Notes under the pieces: generated by a model
The model's input: the letters and a program-made list of their open reading frames with translations, nothing else
What the model was told of the DNA's origin: nothing
Database searches by the model: none
In this document: positions 10,654 to 26,700 of the stretch, in pieces
Layout: every line of letters begins with the position of its first letter
Numbering within the stretch: position 1 is the stretch's first letter
Source of the DNA: Auanema rhodensis
Taxonomy: Eukaryota > Animalia > Nematoda
NCBI GenBank assembly: GCA_964057225.1
Contig: OZ059897.1
Coordinates: 1 to 64,000 of the forward strand
Reading direction: 5' to 3'
DNA: 64,000 nucleotides
Position numbers and translations under genes: made by a program

Positions 10654-13600
10654 GGACCAATATCAATAAAAATTTGTTTTTAGACTAATATGGACATGGG
10701 GAATCTAATTTTGAAAACCGCATCTCTTTATCTTTCACGTGAAGCGAGTTACATACCAAGTGCACATCACGTGTACTTTTAATAAGCATAAATTAAAGTT
10801 CACGTAAATTTCAAAGTCATGGTTACCATGAACCAATATCAATATAAATTTGTTTTTAGACTAATATGGACATAGGGAATCTAATTTTGAAAACCGCATC
10901 TCTTCATCTTTCACGTGAAGCGAGTTACATACCAAGTGCACATCACGTGTACATTTAATTAGCATAAATTGAAGTTCACGTAAATTTCAAAGTCATGGTT
11001 ACCATGAACCAATATCAATAAAAATTTGTTTTTAGACTAATATGGACATGGGGAATCTAATTTTGAAAACCGCATCTCTTTATCTTTCACGTGAAGCGAG
11101 TTACATACCAAGTGCACATCACGTGTACATTTAATTAGCATAAATTGAAGTTCACGTAAATTTCAAAGTCATGGTTACCATGAACCAATATCAATAAAAA
11201 TTTGTTTTTAGACTAATATGGACATGGGGAATCTAATTTTGAAAACCGCATCTCTTTATCTTTCACGTGAAGCGAGTTACATACCAAGTGCACATCACGT
11301 GTACATTTAATTAGCATAAATTAAAGTTCACGTAAATTTCAAAGTCATGGTTACCATGCACCAATATCAATAAAAATTTGTTTTTAGACTAATATGGACA
11401 TGGGGAATCTAATTTTGAAAACCGCATCTCTTTATCTTTCACGTGAAGCGAGTTACATACCAAGTGCACATCACGTGTACATTTAATTAGCATAAATTAA
11501 AGTTCACGTAAATTTCAAAGTCATGGTTACCATGCACCAATATCAATAAAAATTTGTTTTTAGACTAATATGGACATGGGGAATCTAATTTTGAAAACCG
11601 CATCTCTTTATCTTTCACGTGAAGCGAGTTACATACCAAGTGCACATCACGTGTACATTTAATTAGCATAAATTAAAGTTCACGTAAATTTCAAAGTCAT
11701 GGCTACCATGCACCAATATCATTAAAAGTTGTTTTTAGACTAATATAGACATGGGGAATCTAATTTTGAAAACCGCATCTCTTTATCTTTCACGTGAAGC
11801 GAGTTACATACCAAGTGCACATCACGTGTACATTTAATTAGCATAAATTAAAGTTCACGTAAATTTCAAAGTCATGGTTACCATGAACCAATATCAATAA
11901 AAATTTGTTTTTAGACTAATATGGACATAGGGAATCTAATTTTGAAAACCGCATCTCTTCATCTTTCACGTGAAGCGAGTTACATACCAAGTGCACATCA
12001 CGTGTACATTTAATTAGCATAAATTGAAGTTCACGTAAATTTCAAAGTCATGGTTACCATGAACCAATATCAATAAAAATTTGTTTTTAGACTAATATGG
12101 ACATGGGGAATCTAATTTTGAAAACCGCATCTCTTTATCTTTCACGTGAAGCGAGTTACATACCAAGTGCACATCACGTGTACATTTAATTAGCATAAAT
12201 TAAAGTTCACGTAAATTTCAAAGTCATGGTTACCATGCACCAATATCAATAAAAATTTGTTTTTAGACTAATATGGACATGGGGAATCTAATTTTGAAAA
12301 CCGCATCTCTTTATCTTTCACGTGAAGCGAGTTACATACCAAGGGCACATCACGTGTACATTTAATTAGCATAAATTAAAGTTCACGTAAATTTCAAAGT
12401 CATGGTTACCATGCACCAATATCAATAAAAATTTGTTTTTAGACTAATATGGACATGGGGAATCTAATTTTGAAAACCGCATCTCTTTATCTTTCACGTG
12501 AAGCGAGTTACATACCAAGTGCACATCACGTGTACATTTAATTAGCATAAATTAAAGTTCACGTAAATTTCAAAGTCATGGTTACCATGCACCAATATCG
12601 ATAAAAATTTGTTTTTAGACTAATATGGACATGGGGAATCTAATTTTGAAAACCGCATCTCTTTATCTTTCACGTGAAGCGAGTTACATACCAAGGGCAC
12701 ATCACGTGTACATTTAATTAGCATAAATTAAAGTTCACGTAAATTTCAAAGTCATGGTTACCATGCACCAATATCAATAAAAATTTGTTTTTAGACTAAT
12801 ATGGACATGGGGAATCTAATTTTGAAAACCGCATCTCTTTATCTTTCACGTGAAGCGAGTTACATACCAAGTGCACATCACGTGTACATTTAATTAGCAT
12901 AAATTAAAGTTCACGTAAATTTCAAAGTCATGGTTACCATGCACCAATATAAATAAAAATTTGTTTTTAGACTAATATGGACATGGGGAATCTAATTTTG
13001 GAAACCGCATCTCTTTATCTTTCACGTGAAGCGAGTTACATACCAAGTGCACATCACGTGTACATTTAATTAGCATAAATTGAAGTTCACGTAAATTTCA
13101 AAGTCATGGTTACCATGAACCAATATCAATAAAAATTTGTCTTTAGACTAATATGGACATGGGGAATCTAATTTTGAAAACCGCATCTCTTTATCTTTCA
13201 CGTGAAGCGAGTTACATACCAAGTGCACATCACGTGTACATTTAATTAGCATAAATTAAAGTTCACGTAAATTTCAAAGTCATGGTTACCATGAACCAAT
13301 ATCAATAAAAATTTGTTTTTAGACTAATATGGACATGGGGAATCTAATTTTGAAAACCGCATCTCTTTATCTTTCACGTGAAGCGAGTTACATACCAAGT
13401 GCACATCACGTGTACATTTAATTAGCATAAATTGAAGTTCACGTAAATTTCAAAGTCATGGTTACCATGAACCAATATCAATAAAAATTTGTTTTTAGAC
13501 TAATATGGACATGGAGAATCTAATTTTGAAAACCGCATCTCTTTATCTTTCACGTGAAGCGAGTTACATACCAAGTGCACATCACGTGTACATTTAATTA

Positions 13601-16600
13601 GCATAAATTAAAGTTCACGTAAATTTCAAAGTCATGGTTACCATGCACCAATATAAATAAAAATTTGTTTTTAGACTAATATGGACATGGGGAATCTAAT
13701 TTTGGAAACCGCATCTCTTTATCTTTCACGTGAAGCGAGTTACATACCAAGTGCACATCACGTGTACATTTAATTAGCATAAATTAAAGTTCACGTAAAT
13801 TTCAAAGTCATGGTTACCATGCACCAATATCAATAAAAATTTGTTTTTAGACTAATATGGACATGGGGAATCTAATTTTGAAAACCGCATCTCTTTATCT
13901 TTCACGTGAAGCGAGTTACATACCAAGGGCACATCACGTGTACATTTAATTAGCATAAATTGAAGTTCACGTAAATTTCAAAGTCATGGTTACCATGAAC
14001 CAATATCAATAGAAATTTGTTTTTAGACTAATATGGACATGGGGAATCTAATTTTGAAAACCGCATCTCTTTATCTTTCACGTGAAGCGAGTTACATACC
14101 AAGTGCACATCACGTGTACATTTAATTAGCATAAATTAAAGTTCACGTAAATTTCAAAGTCATGGTTACCATGCACCAATATCAATAAAAATTTGTTTTT
14201 AGACTAATATGGACATGGGGAATCTAATTTTAAAACCGCATCTTTTTATCTTTCACGTGAAGCGAGTTAAATACCAAGTGCACATCACGTGTACATTTAA
14301 TTAGCATAAATTAAAGTTCACGTAAATTTCAAAGTCATGGTTACCATGAACCAATATCAATAAAAATTTGTTTTTAGACTAATATGGACATAGGGAATCT
14401 AATTTTGAAAACCGCATCTCTTCATCTTTCACGTGAAGCGAGTTACATACCAAGTGCACATCACGTGTACATTTAATTAGCATAAATTGAAGTTCACGTA
14501 AATTTCAAAGTCATGGTTACCATGAACCAATATCAATAAAAATTTGTTTTTAGACTAATATGGACATGGGGAATCTAATTTTGAAAACCGCATCTCTTTA
14601 TCTTTCACGTGAAGCGAGTTACATACCAAGTGCACATCACGTGTACATTTAATTAGCATAAATTAAAGTTCACGTAAATTTCAAAGTCATGGTTACCATG
14701 CACCAATATCAATAAAAATTTTTTTTTAGACTAATATGGACATGGGGAATCTAATTTTGAAAACCGCATCTCTTTATCTTTCACGTGAAGCGAGTTACAT
14801 ACCAAGTGCACATCACGTGTACATTTAATTAGCATAAATTAAAGTTCACGTAAATTTCAAAGTCATGGTTACCATGCACCAATATCAATAAAAATTTGTT
14901 TTTAGACTAATATGGACATGGGAAATTTAATTTTGAAAACCGCATCTCTTTATCTTTCACGTGAAGCGAGTTACTGACCAAGTGCACATCACGTGTACAT
15001 TTAATTAGCATAAATTAAAGTTCACGTAAATTTCAAAGTCATGGTTACCATGCACCAATATCAATAAAAATTTGTTTTTAGACTAATATGGACATGGGGA
15101 ATCTAATTTTGAAAACCGCATCTTTTTATCTTTCACGTGAAGCGAGTTACATACCAAGTGCACATCACGTGTACATTTAATTAGCATAAATTAAAGTTCA
15201 CGTAAATTTCAAAGTCATGGTTACCATGAACCAATATAAATAAAAATTTGTTTTTAGACTAATATGGACATGGGGAATCTAATTTTGAAAACCGCATCTC
15301 TTTATCTTTCACGTGAAGCGAGTTACATACCAAGTGCACATCACGTGTACATTTAATTAGCATAAATTAAAGTTCACGTAAATTTCAAAGTCATGGTTAC
15401 CATGAACCAATATCAATAAAAATTTGTTTTTAGACTAATATGGACATGGGGAATCTAATTTTGAAAACCGCATCTCTTTATCTTTCACGTGAAGCGAGTT
15501 ACATACCAAGTGCACATCACGTGTACATTTAATTAGCATAAATTAAAGTTCACGTAAATTTCAAAGTCATGGTTACCATGAACCAATATCAATAAAAATT
15601 TGTTTTTAGACTAATATGGACATGAGGAATCTAATTTTGAAAACCGCATCTCTTTATCTTTCACGTGAAGCGAGTTACATACCAAGTGCACATCACGTGT
15701 ACATTTAATTAGCATAAATTAAAGTTCACGTAAATTTCAAAGTCATGGTTACCATGAACCAATATCAATAAAAATTTGTTTTTAGACTAATATGGACATG
15801 GGGAATCTAATTTTCAAAACAGCATCTCTTTATCTTTCACGTGAAGCGAGTTACATACCAAGTGCACATCACGTGTACATTTAATTAGCATAAATTAAAG
15901 TTCACGTAAATTTCAAAGTCATGGTTACCATGAACCAATATCAATAAAAATTTGTTTTTAGACTAATATGGACATGGGGAATCTAATTTTGAAAACCGCA
16001 TCTCTTTATCTTTCACGTGAAGCGAGTTACATACCAAGTGCACATCACGTGTACATTTAATTAGCATAAATTAAAGTTCACGTAAATTTCAAAGTCATGG
16101 TTACCATGAACCAATATCAATAAAAATTTGTTCTTAGACTAATATGGACATGGGAAATTTAATTTTGAAAACCGCATCTCTTTATCTTTCACGTGAAGCG
16201 AGTTACATACCAAGTGCACATCACGTGTACATTTAATTAGCATAAATTGAAGTTCACGTAAATTTCAAAGTCATGGTTACCATGAACCAATATCAATAAA
16301 AATTTGTTTTTAGACTAATATGGACATGGGGAATCTAATTTTGAAAACCGCATCTCTTTATCTTTCACGTGAAGCGAGTTACATACCAAGTGCACATCAC
16401 GTGTACATTTAATTAGCATAAATTAAAGTTCACGTAAATTTCAAAGTCATGGTTACCATGCACCAATATCAATAAAAATTTGTTTTTAGACTAATATGGA
16501 CATAGGGAATCTAATTTTGAAAACCGCATCTCTTTATCTTTCACGTGAAGCGAGTTACATACCAAGTGAACATCACGTGTACATTTAATTAGCATAAATT

Positions 16601-19600
16601 AAAGTTCACGTAAATTTCAAAGTCATGGTTACCATGCACCAATATCAATAAAAATTTGTTTTTAGACTAATATGGACATAGGGAATCTAATTTTGAAAAC
16701 CGCATCTCTTCATCTTTCACGTGAAGCGAGTTACATACCAAGTGCACATCACGTGTACATTTAATTAGCATAAATTGAAGTTCACGTAAATTTCAAAGTC
16801 ATGGTTACCATGAACCAATATCAATAAAAATTTGTTTTTAGACTAATATGGACATGGGGAATCTAATTTTGAAAACCGCATCTCTTTATCTTTCACGTGA
16901 AGCGAGTTACATACCAAGTGCACATCACGTGTACATTTAATTAGCATAAATTAAAGTTCACGTAAATTTCAAAGTCATGGTTACCATGAACCAATATCAA
17001 TAAAAATTTGTTTTTAGACTAATATGGACATGAGGAATCTAATTTTGAAAACCGCATCTCTTTATCTTTCACGTGAAGCGAGTTACATACCAAGTGCACA
17101 TCACGTGTACATTTAATTAGCATAAATTAAAGTTCACGTAAATTTCAAAGTCATGGTTACCATGAACCAATATCAATAAAAATTTGTTTTTAGACTAATA
17201 TGGACATGGGGAATCTAATTTTGAAAACCGCATCTCTTTATCTTTCACGTGAAGCGAGTTACATACCAAGTGCACATCACGTGTACATTTAATTAGCATA
17301 AATTAAAGTTCACGTAAATTTCAAAGTCATGGTTACCATGAACCAATATCAATAAAAATTTGTTTTTAGACTAATATGGACATGGGGAATCTAATTTTGA
17401 AAACCGCATCTCTTTATCTTTCACGTGAAGCGAGTTACATACCAAGTGCACATCACGTGTACATTTAATTAGCATAAATTAAAGTTCACGTAAATTTCAA
17501 AGTCATGGTTACCATGAACCAATATCAATAAAAATTTGTTTTTAGACTAATATGGACATGAGGAATCTAATTTTGAAAACCGCATCTCTTTATCTTTCAC
17601 GTGAAGCGAGTTACATACCAAGTGCACATCACGTGTACATTTAATTAGCATAAATTAAAGTTCACGTAAATTTCAAAGTCATGGTTACCATGAACCAATA
17701 TCAATAAAAATTTGTTTTTAGACTAATATGGACATAGGGAATCTAATTTTGAAAACCGCATCTCTTCATCTTTCACGTGAAGCGAGTTACATACCAAGTG
17801 CACATCACGTGTACATTTAATTAGCATAAATTAAAGTTCACGTAAATTTCAAAGTCATGGTTACCATGCACCAATATCAATAAAAATTTGTTTTTAGACT
17901 AATATGGACATGGGGAATCTAATTTTGAAAACCGCATCTTTTTATCTTTCACGTGAAGCGAGTTACATACCAAGTGCACATCACGTGTACATTTAATTAG
18001 CATAAATTAAAGTTCACGTAAATTTCAAAGTCATGGTTACCATGAACCAATATAAATAAAAATTTGTTTTTAGACTAATATGGACATGGGGAATCTAATT
18101 TTAAAAACCGCATCTCTTTATCTTTCACGTGAAGCGAGTTACATACCAAGTGCACATCACGTGTACATTTAATTAGCATAAATTAAAGTTCACGTAAATT
18201 TCAAAGTCATGGTTACCATGAACCAATATCAATAAAAATTTGTTTTTAGACTAATATGGACATGGGGAATCTAATTTTGAAAACCGCATCTCTTTATCTT
18301 TCACGTGAAGCGAGTTACATACCAAGTGCACATCACGTGTACATTTAATTAGCATAAATTAAAGTTCACGTAAATTTCAAAGTCATGGTTACCATGAACC
18401 AATATCAATAAAAATTTGTTTTTAGACTAATATGGACATGAGGAATCTAATTTTGAAAACCGCATCTCTTTATCTTTCACGTGAAGCGAGTTACATACCA
18501 AGTGCACATCACGTGTACATTTAATTAGCATAAATTAAAGTTCACGTAAATTTCAAAGTCATGGTTACCATGAACCAATATCAATAAAAATTTGTTTTTA
18601 GACTAATATGGACATGGGGAATCTAATTTTCAAAACAGCATCTCTTTATCTTTCACGTGAAGCGAGTTACATACCAAGTGCACATCACGTGTACATTTAA
18701 TTAGCATAAATTAAAGTTCACGTAAATTTCAAAGTCATGGTTACCATGCACCAATATCAATAAAAATTTGTTCTTAGACTAATATGGACATGGGAAATTT
18801 AATTTTGAAAACCGCATCTCTTTATCTTTCACGTGAAGCGAGTTACATACCAAGTGCACATCACGTGTACATTTAATTAGCATAAATTGAAGTTCACGTA
18901 AATTTCAAAGTCATGGTTACCATGAACCAATATCAATAAAAATTTGTTTTTAGACTAATATGGACATGGGGAATCTAATTTTGAAAACCGCATCTCTTTA
19001 TCTTTCACGTGAAGCGAGTTACATACCAAGTGCACATCACGTGTACATTTAATTAGCATAAATTAAAGTTCACGTAAATTTCAAAGTCATGGTTACCATG
19101 CACCAATATCAATAAAAATTTGTTTTTAGACTAATATGGACATGGGGAATCTAATTTTGAAAACCGCATCTCTTTATCTTTCACGTGAAGCGAGTTACAT
19201 ACCAAGTGCACATCACGTGTACATTTAATTAGCATAAATTAAAGTTCACGTAAATTTCAAAGTCATGGTTACCATGAACCAATATCAATAAAAATTTGTT
19301 TTTAGACTAATATGGACATGGGGAATCTAATTTTGAAAACCGCATCTCTTTATCTTTCACGTGAAGCGAGTTACATACCAAGTGCACATCACGTGTACAT
19401 TTAATTAGCATAAATTAAAGTTCACGTAAATTTCAAAGTCATGGTTACCATGAACCAATATCAATAAAAATTTGTTTTTAGACTAATATGGACATGAGGA
19501 ATCTAATTTTGAAAACCGCATCTCTTTATCTTTCACGTGAAGCGAGTTACATACCAAGTGCACATCACGTGTACATTTAATTAGCATAAATTAAAGTTCA

Positions 19601-20702
19601 CGTAAATTTCAAAGTCATGGTTACCATGAACCAATATCAATAAAAATTTGTTTTTAGACTAATATGGACATGGGGAATCTAATTTTCAAAACAGCATCTC
19701 TTTATCTTTCACGTGAAGCGAGTTACATACCAAGTGCACATCACGTGTACATTTAATTAGCATAAATTAAAGTTCACGTAAATTTCAAAGTCATGGTTAC
19801 CATGCACCAATATCAATAAAAATTTGTTTTTAGACTAATATGGACATGGGAAATTTAATTTTGAAAACCGCATCTCTTTATCTTTCACGTGAAGCGAGTT
19901 ACATACCAAGTGCACATCACGTGTACATTTAATTAGCATAAATTGAAGTTCACGTAAATTTCAAAGTCATGGTTACCATGAACCAATATCAATAAAAATT
20001 TGTTTTTAGACTAATATGGACATGGGGAATCTAATTTTGAAAACCGCATCTCTTTATCTTTCACGTGAAGCGAGTTACATACCAAGTGCACATCACGTGT
20101 ACATTTAATTAGCATAAATTAAAGTTCACGTAAATTTCAAAGTCATGGTTACCATGCACCAATATCAATAAAAATTTGTTTTTAGACTAATATGGACATA
20201 GGGAATCTAATTTTGAAAACCGCATCTCTTCATCTTTCACGTGAAGCGAGTTACATACCAAGTGCACATCACGTGTACATTTAATTAGCATAAATTGAAG
20301 TTCACGTAAATTTCAAAGTCATGGTTACCATGAACCAATATCAATAAAAATTTGTTTTTAGACTAATATGGACATGGGGAATCTAATTTTGAAAACCGCA
20401 TCTCTTTATCTTTCACGTGAAGCGAGTTACATACCAAGTGCACATCACGTGTACATTTAATTAGCATAAATTAAAGTTCACGTAAATTTCAAAGTCATGG
20501 TTACCATGAAGCAATATCAATAAAAATTTGTTTTTAGACTAATATGGACATGAGGAATCTAATTTTGAAAACCGCATCTCTTTATCTTTCACGTGAAGCG
20601 AGTTACATACCAAGTGCACATCACGTGTACATTTAATTAGCATAAATTAAAGTTCACGTAAATTTCAAAGTCATGGTTACCATGAACCAATATCAATAAA
20701 AA

Positions 20703-23700
20703 TTTGTTTAGACTAATATGGACATGGGGAATCTAATTTTGAAAACCGCATCTCTTTATCTTTCACGTGAAGCGAGTTACATACCAAGTGCACATCACGT
20801 GTACATTTAATTAGCATAAATTAAAGTTCACGTAAATTTCAAAGTCATGGTTACCATGCACCAATATCAATAAAAATTTGTTTTTAGACTAATATGGACA
20901 TGGGAAATTTAATTTTGAAAACCGCATCTCTTTATCTTTCACGTGAAGCGAGTTACATACCAAGTGCACATCACGTGTACATTTAATTAGCATAAATTAA
21001 AGTTCACGTAAATTTCAAAGTCATGGTTACCATGCACCAATATCAATAAAAATTTGTTTTTAGACTAATATGGACATGGGGAATCTAATTTTGAAAACCG
21101 CATCTCTTTATCTTTCACGTGAAGCTAGTTACATACCAAGGGCACATCACGTGTACATTTAATTAGCATAAATTAAAGTTCACGTAAATTTCAAAGTCAT
21201 GGTTACCATGCACCAATATCAATAAAAATTTGTTTTTAGACTAATATGGACATGGGGAATCTAATTTTGAAAACCGCATCTCTTTATCTTTCACGTGAAG
21301 CGAGTTACATACCAAGTGCACATCACGTGTACTTTTAATTAGCATAAATTAAAGTTCACGTAAATTTCAAAGTCATGGTTACCATGAACCAATATCAATA
21401 AAAATTTGTTTTTAGACTAATATGGACATGGGGAATCTAATTTTGAAAACCGCATCTCTTTATCTTTCACGTGAAGCGAGTTACATACCAAGTGCACATC
21501 ACGTGTACTTTTAATAAGCATAAATTAAAGTTCACGTAAATTTCAAAGTCATGGTTACCATGAACCAATATCAATATAAATTTGTTTTTAGACTAATATG
21601 GACATAGGGAATCTAATTTTGAAAACCGCATCTCTTCATCTTTCACGTGAAGCGAGTTACATACCAAGTGCACATCACGTGTACATTTAATTAGCATAAA
21701 TTGAAGTTCACGTAAATTTCAAAGTCATGGTTACCATGAACCAATATCAATAAAAATTTGTTTTTAGACTAATATGGACATGGGGAATCTAATTTTGAAA
21801 ACCGCATCTCTTTATCTTTCACGTGAAGCGAGTTACATACCAAGTGCACATCACGTGTACATTTAATTAGCATAAATTGAAGTTCACGTAAATTTCAAAG
21901 TCATGGTTACCATGAACCAATATCAATAAAAATTTGTTTTTAGACTAATATGGACATGGGGAATCTAATTTTGAAAACCGCATCTCTTTATCTTTCACGT
22001 GAAGCGAGTTACATACCAAGTGCACATCACGTGTACAGTTAATTAGCATAAATTAAAGTTCACGTAAATTTCAAAGTCATGGTTACCATGAACCAATATC
22101 ATTAAAAGTTGTTTTTAGACTAATATGGACATGGGGAATCTAATTTTGAAAACCGCATCTCTTTATCTTTCACGTGAAGCGAGTTACATACCGAGTGCAC
22201 ATCACGTGTACATTTAATTAGCATAAATTAAAGTTCACGTAAATTTCAAAGTCATGGTTACCATGCACCAATATCAATAAAAATTTGTTTTTAGACTAAT
22301 ATGGACATTGGGAATCTAATTTTGAAAACCGCATCTCTTTATCTTTCACGTGAAGCGAGTTACATACCAAGTGCACATCACGTGTACATTTAATTAGCAT
22401 AAATTAAAGTTCACGTAAATTTCAAAGTCATGGTTACCATGCACCAATATCAATAAAAATTTGTTTTTAGACTAATATGGACATGGGGAATCTAATTTTG
22501 AAAACCGCATCTCTTTATCTTTCACGTGAAGCGAGTTACATACCAAGTGCACATCACGTGTACATTTAATTAGCATAAATTAAAGTTCACGTAAATTTCA
22601 AAGTCATGGCTACCATGCACCAATATCATTAAAAGTTGTTTTTAGACTAATATAGACATGGGGAATCTAATTTTGAAAACCGCATCTCTTTATCTTTCAC
22701 GTGAAGCGAGTTACATACCAAGTGCACATCACGTGTACATTTAATTAGCATAAATTAAAGTTCACGTAAATTTCAAAGTCATGGTTACCATGAACCAATA
22801 TCAATAAAAATTTGTTTTTAGACTAATATGGACATAGGGAATCTAATTTTGAAAACCGCATCTCTTCATCTTTCACGTGAAGCGAGTTACATACCAAGTG
22901 CACATCACGTGTACATTTAATTAGCATAAATTGAAGTTCACGTAAATTTCAAAGTCATGGTTACCATGAACCAATATCAATAAAAATTTGTTTTTAGACT
23001 AATATGGACATGGGGAATCTAATTTTGAAAACCGCATCTCTTTATCTTTCACGTGAAGCGAGTTACATACCAAGTGCACATCACGTGTACATTTAATTAG
23101 CATAAATTAAAGTTCACGTAAATTTCAAAGTCATGGTTACCATGCACCAATATCAATAAAAATTTGTTTTTAGACTAATATGGACATGGGGAATCTAATT
23201 TTGAAAACCGCATCTCTTTATCTTTCACGTGAAGCGAGTTACATACCAAGTGCACATCACGTGTACATTTAATTAGCATAAATTAAAGTTCACGTAAATT
23301 TCAAAGTCATGGTTACCATGCACCAATATCAATAAAAATTTGTTTTTAGACTAATATGGACATGGGGAATCTAATTTTGAAAACCGCATCTCTTTATCTT
23401 TCACGTGAAGCGAGTTACATACCAAGTGCACATCACGTGTACATTTAATTAGCATAAATTAAAGTTCACGTAAATTTCAAAGTCATGGTTACCATGCACC
23501 AATATCAATAAAAATTTGTTTTTAGACTAATATGGACATGGGGAATCTAATTTTGAAAACCGCATCTCTTTATCTTTCACGTGAAGCGAGTTACATACCA
23601 AGTGCACATCACGTGTATATTTAATTAGCATAAATTAAAGTTCACGTAAATTTCAAAGTCATGGTTACCATGAACCAATATCAATAAAAATTTGTTTTTA

Positions 23701-26700
23701 GACTAATATGGACATAGGGAATCTAATTTTGAAAACCGGATCTCTTCATCTTTCACGTGAAGCGAGTTACATACCAAGTGCACATCACGTGTACATTTAA
23801 TTAGCATAAATTGAAGTTCACGTAAATTTCAAAGTCATGGTTACCATGAACCAATATCAATAAAAATTTGTTTTTAGACTAATATGGACATGGGGAATCT
23901 AATTTTGAAAACCGCATCTCTTTATCTTTCACGTGAAGCGAGTTACATACCAAGTGCACATCACGTGTACATTTAATTAGCATAAATTAAAGTTCACGTA
24001 AATTTCAAAGTCATGGTTACCATGCACCAATATCAATAAAAATTTGTTTTTAGACTAATATGGACATGGGGAATCTAATTTTGAAAACCGCATCTCTTTA
24101 TCTTTCACGTGAAGCGAGTTACATACCAAGTGCACATCACGTGTACATTTAATTAGCATAAATTAAAGTTCACGTAAATTTCAAAGTCATGGTTACCATG
24201 CACCAATATCAATAAAAATTTGTTTTTAGACTAATATGGACATGGGGAATCTAATTTTGAAAACCGCATCTCTTTATCTTTCACGTGAAGCGAGTTACAT
24301 ACCAAGGGCACATCACGTGTACATTTAATTAGCATAAATTAAAGTTCACGTAAATTTCAAAGTCATGGTTACCATGCACCAATATCAATAAAAATTTGTT
24401 TTTAGACTAATATGGACATGGGGAATCTAATTTTGAAAACCGCATCTCTTTATCTTTCACGTGAAGCGAGTTACACACCAAGTGCACATCACGTGTACAT
24501 TTAATTAGCATAAATTAAAGTACACGTAAATTTCAAAGTCATGGTTACCATGAACCAATATCAATAAAAATTTGTTTTTAGACTAATATGGACATGGGGA
24601 ATCTAATTTTGAAAACCGCATCTCTTTATCTTTCACGTGAAGCGAGTTACATACCAAGTGCACATCACGTGCACATTTAATTAGCATAAATTAAAGTTCA
24701 CGTAAATTTCAAAGTCATGGTTACCATGAACCAATATCAATAAAAATTTGTTTTTAGACTAATATGGACATGGGGAATCTAATTTTGAAAACCGCATCTC
24801 TTTATCTTTCACGTGAAGCGAGTTACATACCAAGTGCACATCACGTGTACATTTAATTAGCATAAATTGAAGTTCACGTAAATTTCAAAGTCATGGTTAC
24901 CATGAACCAATATCAATAAAAATTTGTTTTTAGACTAATATGGACATGGAGAATCTAATTTTGAAAACCGCATCTCTTTATCTTTCACGTGAAGCGAGTT
25001 ACATACCAAGTGCACATCACGTGTACATTTAATTAGCATAAATTGAAGTTCACGTAAATTTCAAAGTCATGGTTACCATGAACCAATATCAATAGAAATT
25101 TGTTTTTAGACTAATATGGACATGGGGAATCTAATTTTGAAAACCGCATCTCTTTATCTTTCACGTGAAGCGAGTTAAATACCAAGTGCACATCACGTGT
25201 ACATTTAATTAGCATAAATTAAAGTTCACGTAAATTTCAAAGTCATGGTTACCATGAACCAATATCAATAAAAATTTGTTTTTAGACTAATATGGACATA
25301 GGGAATCTAATTTTGAAAACCGCATCTCTTCATCTTTCACGTGAAGCGAGTTACATACCAAGTGCACATCACGTGTACATTTAATTAGCATAAATTGAAG
25401 TTCACGTAAATTTCAAAGTCATGGTTACCATGAACCAATATCAATAAAAATTTGTTTTTAGACTAATATGGACATGGGGAATCTAATTTTGAAAACCGCA
25501 TCTCTTTATCTTTCACGTGAAGCGAGTTACATACCAAGTGCACATCACGTGTACATTTAATTAGCATAAATTAAAGTTCACGTAAATTTCAAAGTCATGG
25601 TTACCATGCACCAATATCAATAAAAATTTGTTTTTAGACTAATATGGACATGGGGAATCTAATTTTGAAAACCGCATCTCTTTATCTTTCACGTGAAGCG
25701 AGTTACATACCAAGTGCACATCACGTGTACATTTAATTAGCATAAATTAAAGTTCACGTAAATTTCAAAGTCATGGTTACCATGCACCAATATCAATAAA
25801 AATTTGTTTTTAGACTAATATGGACATGGGAAATTTAATTTTGAAAACCGCATCTCTTTATCTTTCACGTGAAGCGAGTTACTGACCAAGTGCACATCAC
25901 GTGTACATTTAATTAGCATAAATTAAAGTTCACGTAAATTTCAAAGTCATGGTTACCATGCACCAATATCAATAAAAATTTGTTTTTAGACTAATATGGA
26001 CATGGGGAATCTAATTTTGAAAACCGCATCTCTTTATCTTTCACGTGAAGCGAGTTACATACCAAGTGCACATCACGTGTACATTTAATTAGCATAAATT
26101 AAAGTTCACGTAAATTTCAAAGTCATGGTTACCATGCACCAATATCAATAAAAATCTGTTTTTAGACTAATATGGACATGGGGAATCTAATTTTGGAAAC
26201 CGCATCTCTTTATCTTTCACGTGAAGCGAGTTACATACCAAGTGCACATCACGTGTACATTTAATTAGCATAAATTGAAGTTCACGTAAATTTCAAAGTC
26301 ATGGTTACCATGAACCAATATCAATAAAAATTTGTTTTTAGACTAATATGGACATGGGGAATCTAATTTTGAAAACCGCATCTCTTTATCTTTCACGTGA
26401 AGCGAGTTACATACCAAGTGCACATCACGTGTACATTTAATTAGCATAAATTAAAGTTCACGTAAATTTCAAAGTCATGGTTACCATGAACCAATATCAA
26501 TAAAAATTTGTTTAGACTAATATGGACATGGGGAATCTAATTTTGAAAACCGCATCTCTTTATCTTTCACGTGAAGCGAGTTACATACCAAGTGCACATC
26601 ACGTGTACATTTAATTAGCATAAATTAAAGTTCACGTAAATTTCAAAGTCATGGTTACCATGCACCAATATCAATAAAAATTTGTTTTTAGACTAATATG

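Noticed and set aside
14231-14232. Singleton 1-bp deletion (TTTT-AAAACCG) and other singleton substitutions as meaningful events
   Set aside because: These are seen once, and this one lies between homopolymers, so they cannot be told apart from consensus errors without reads.
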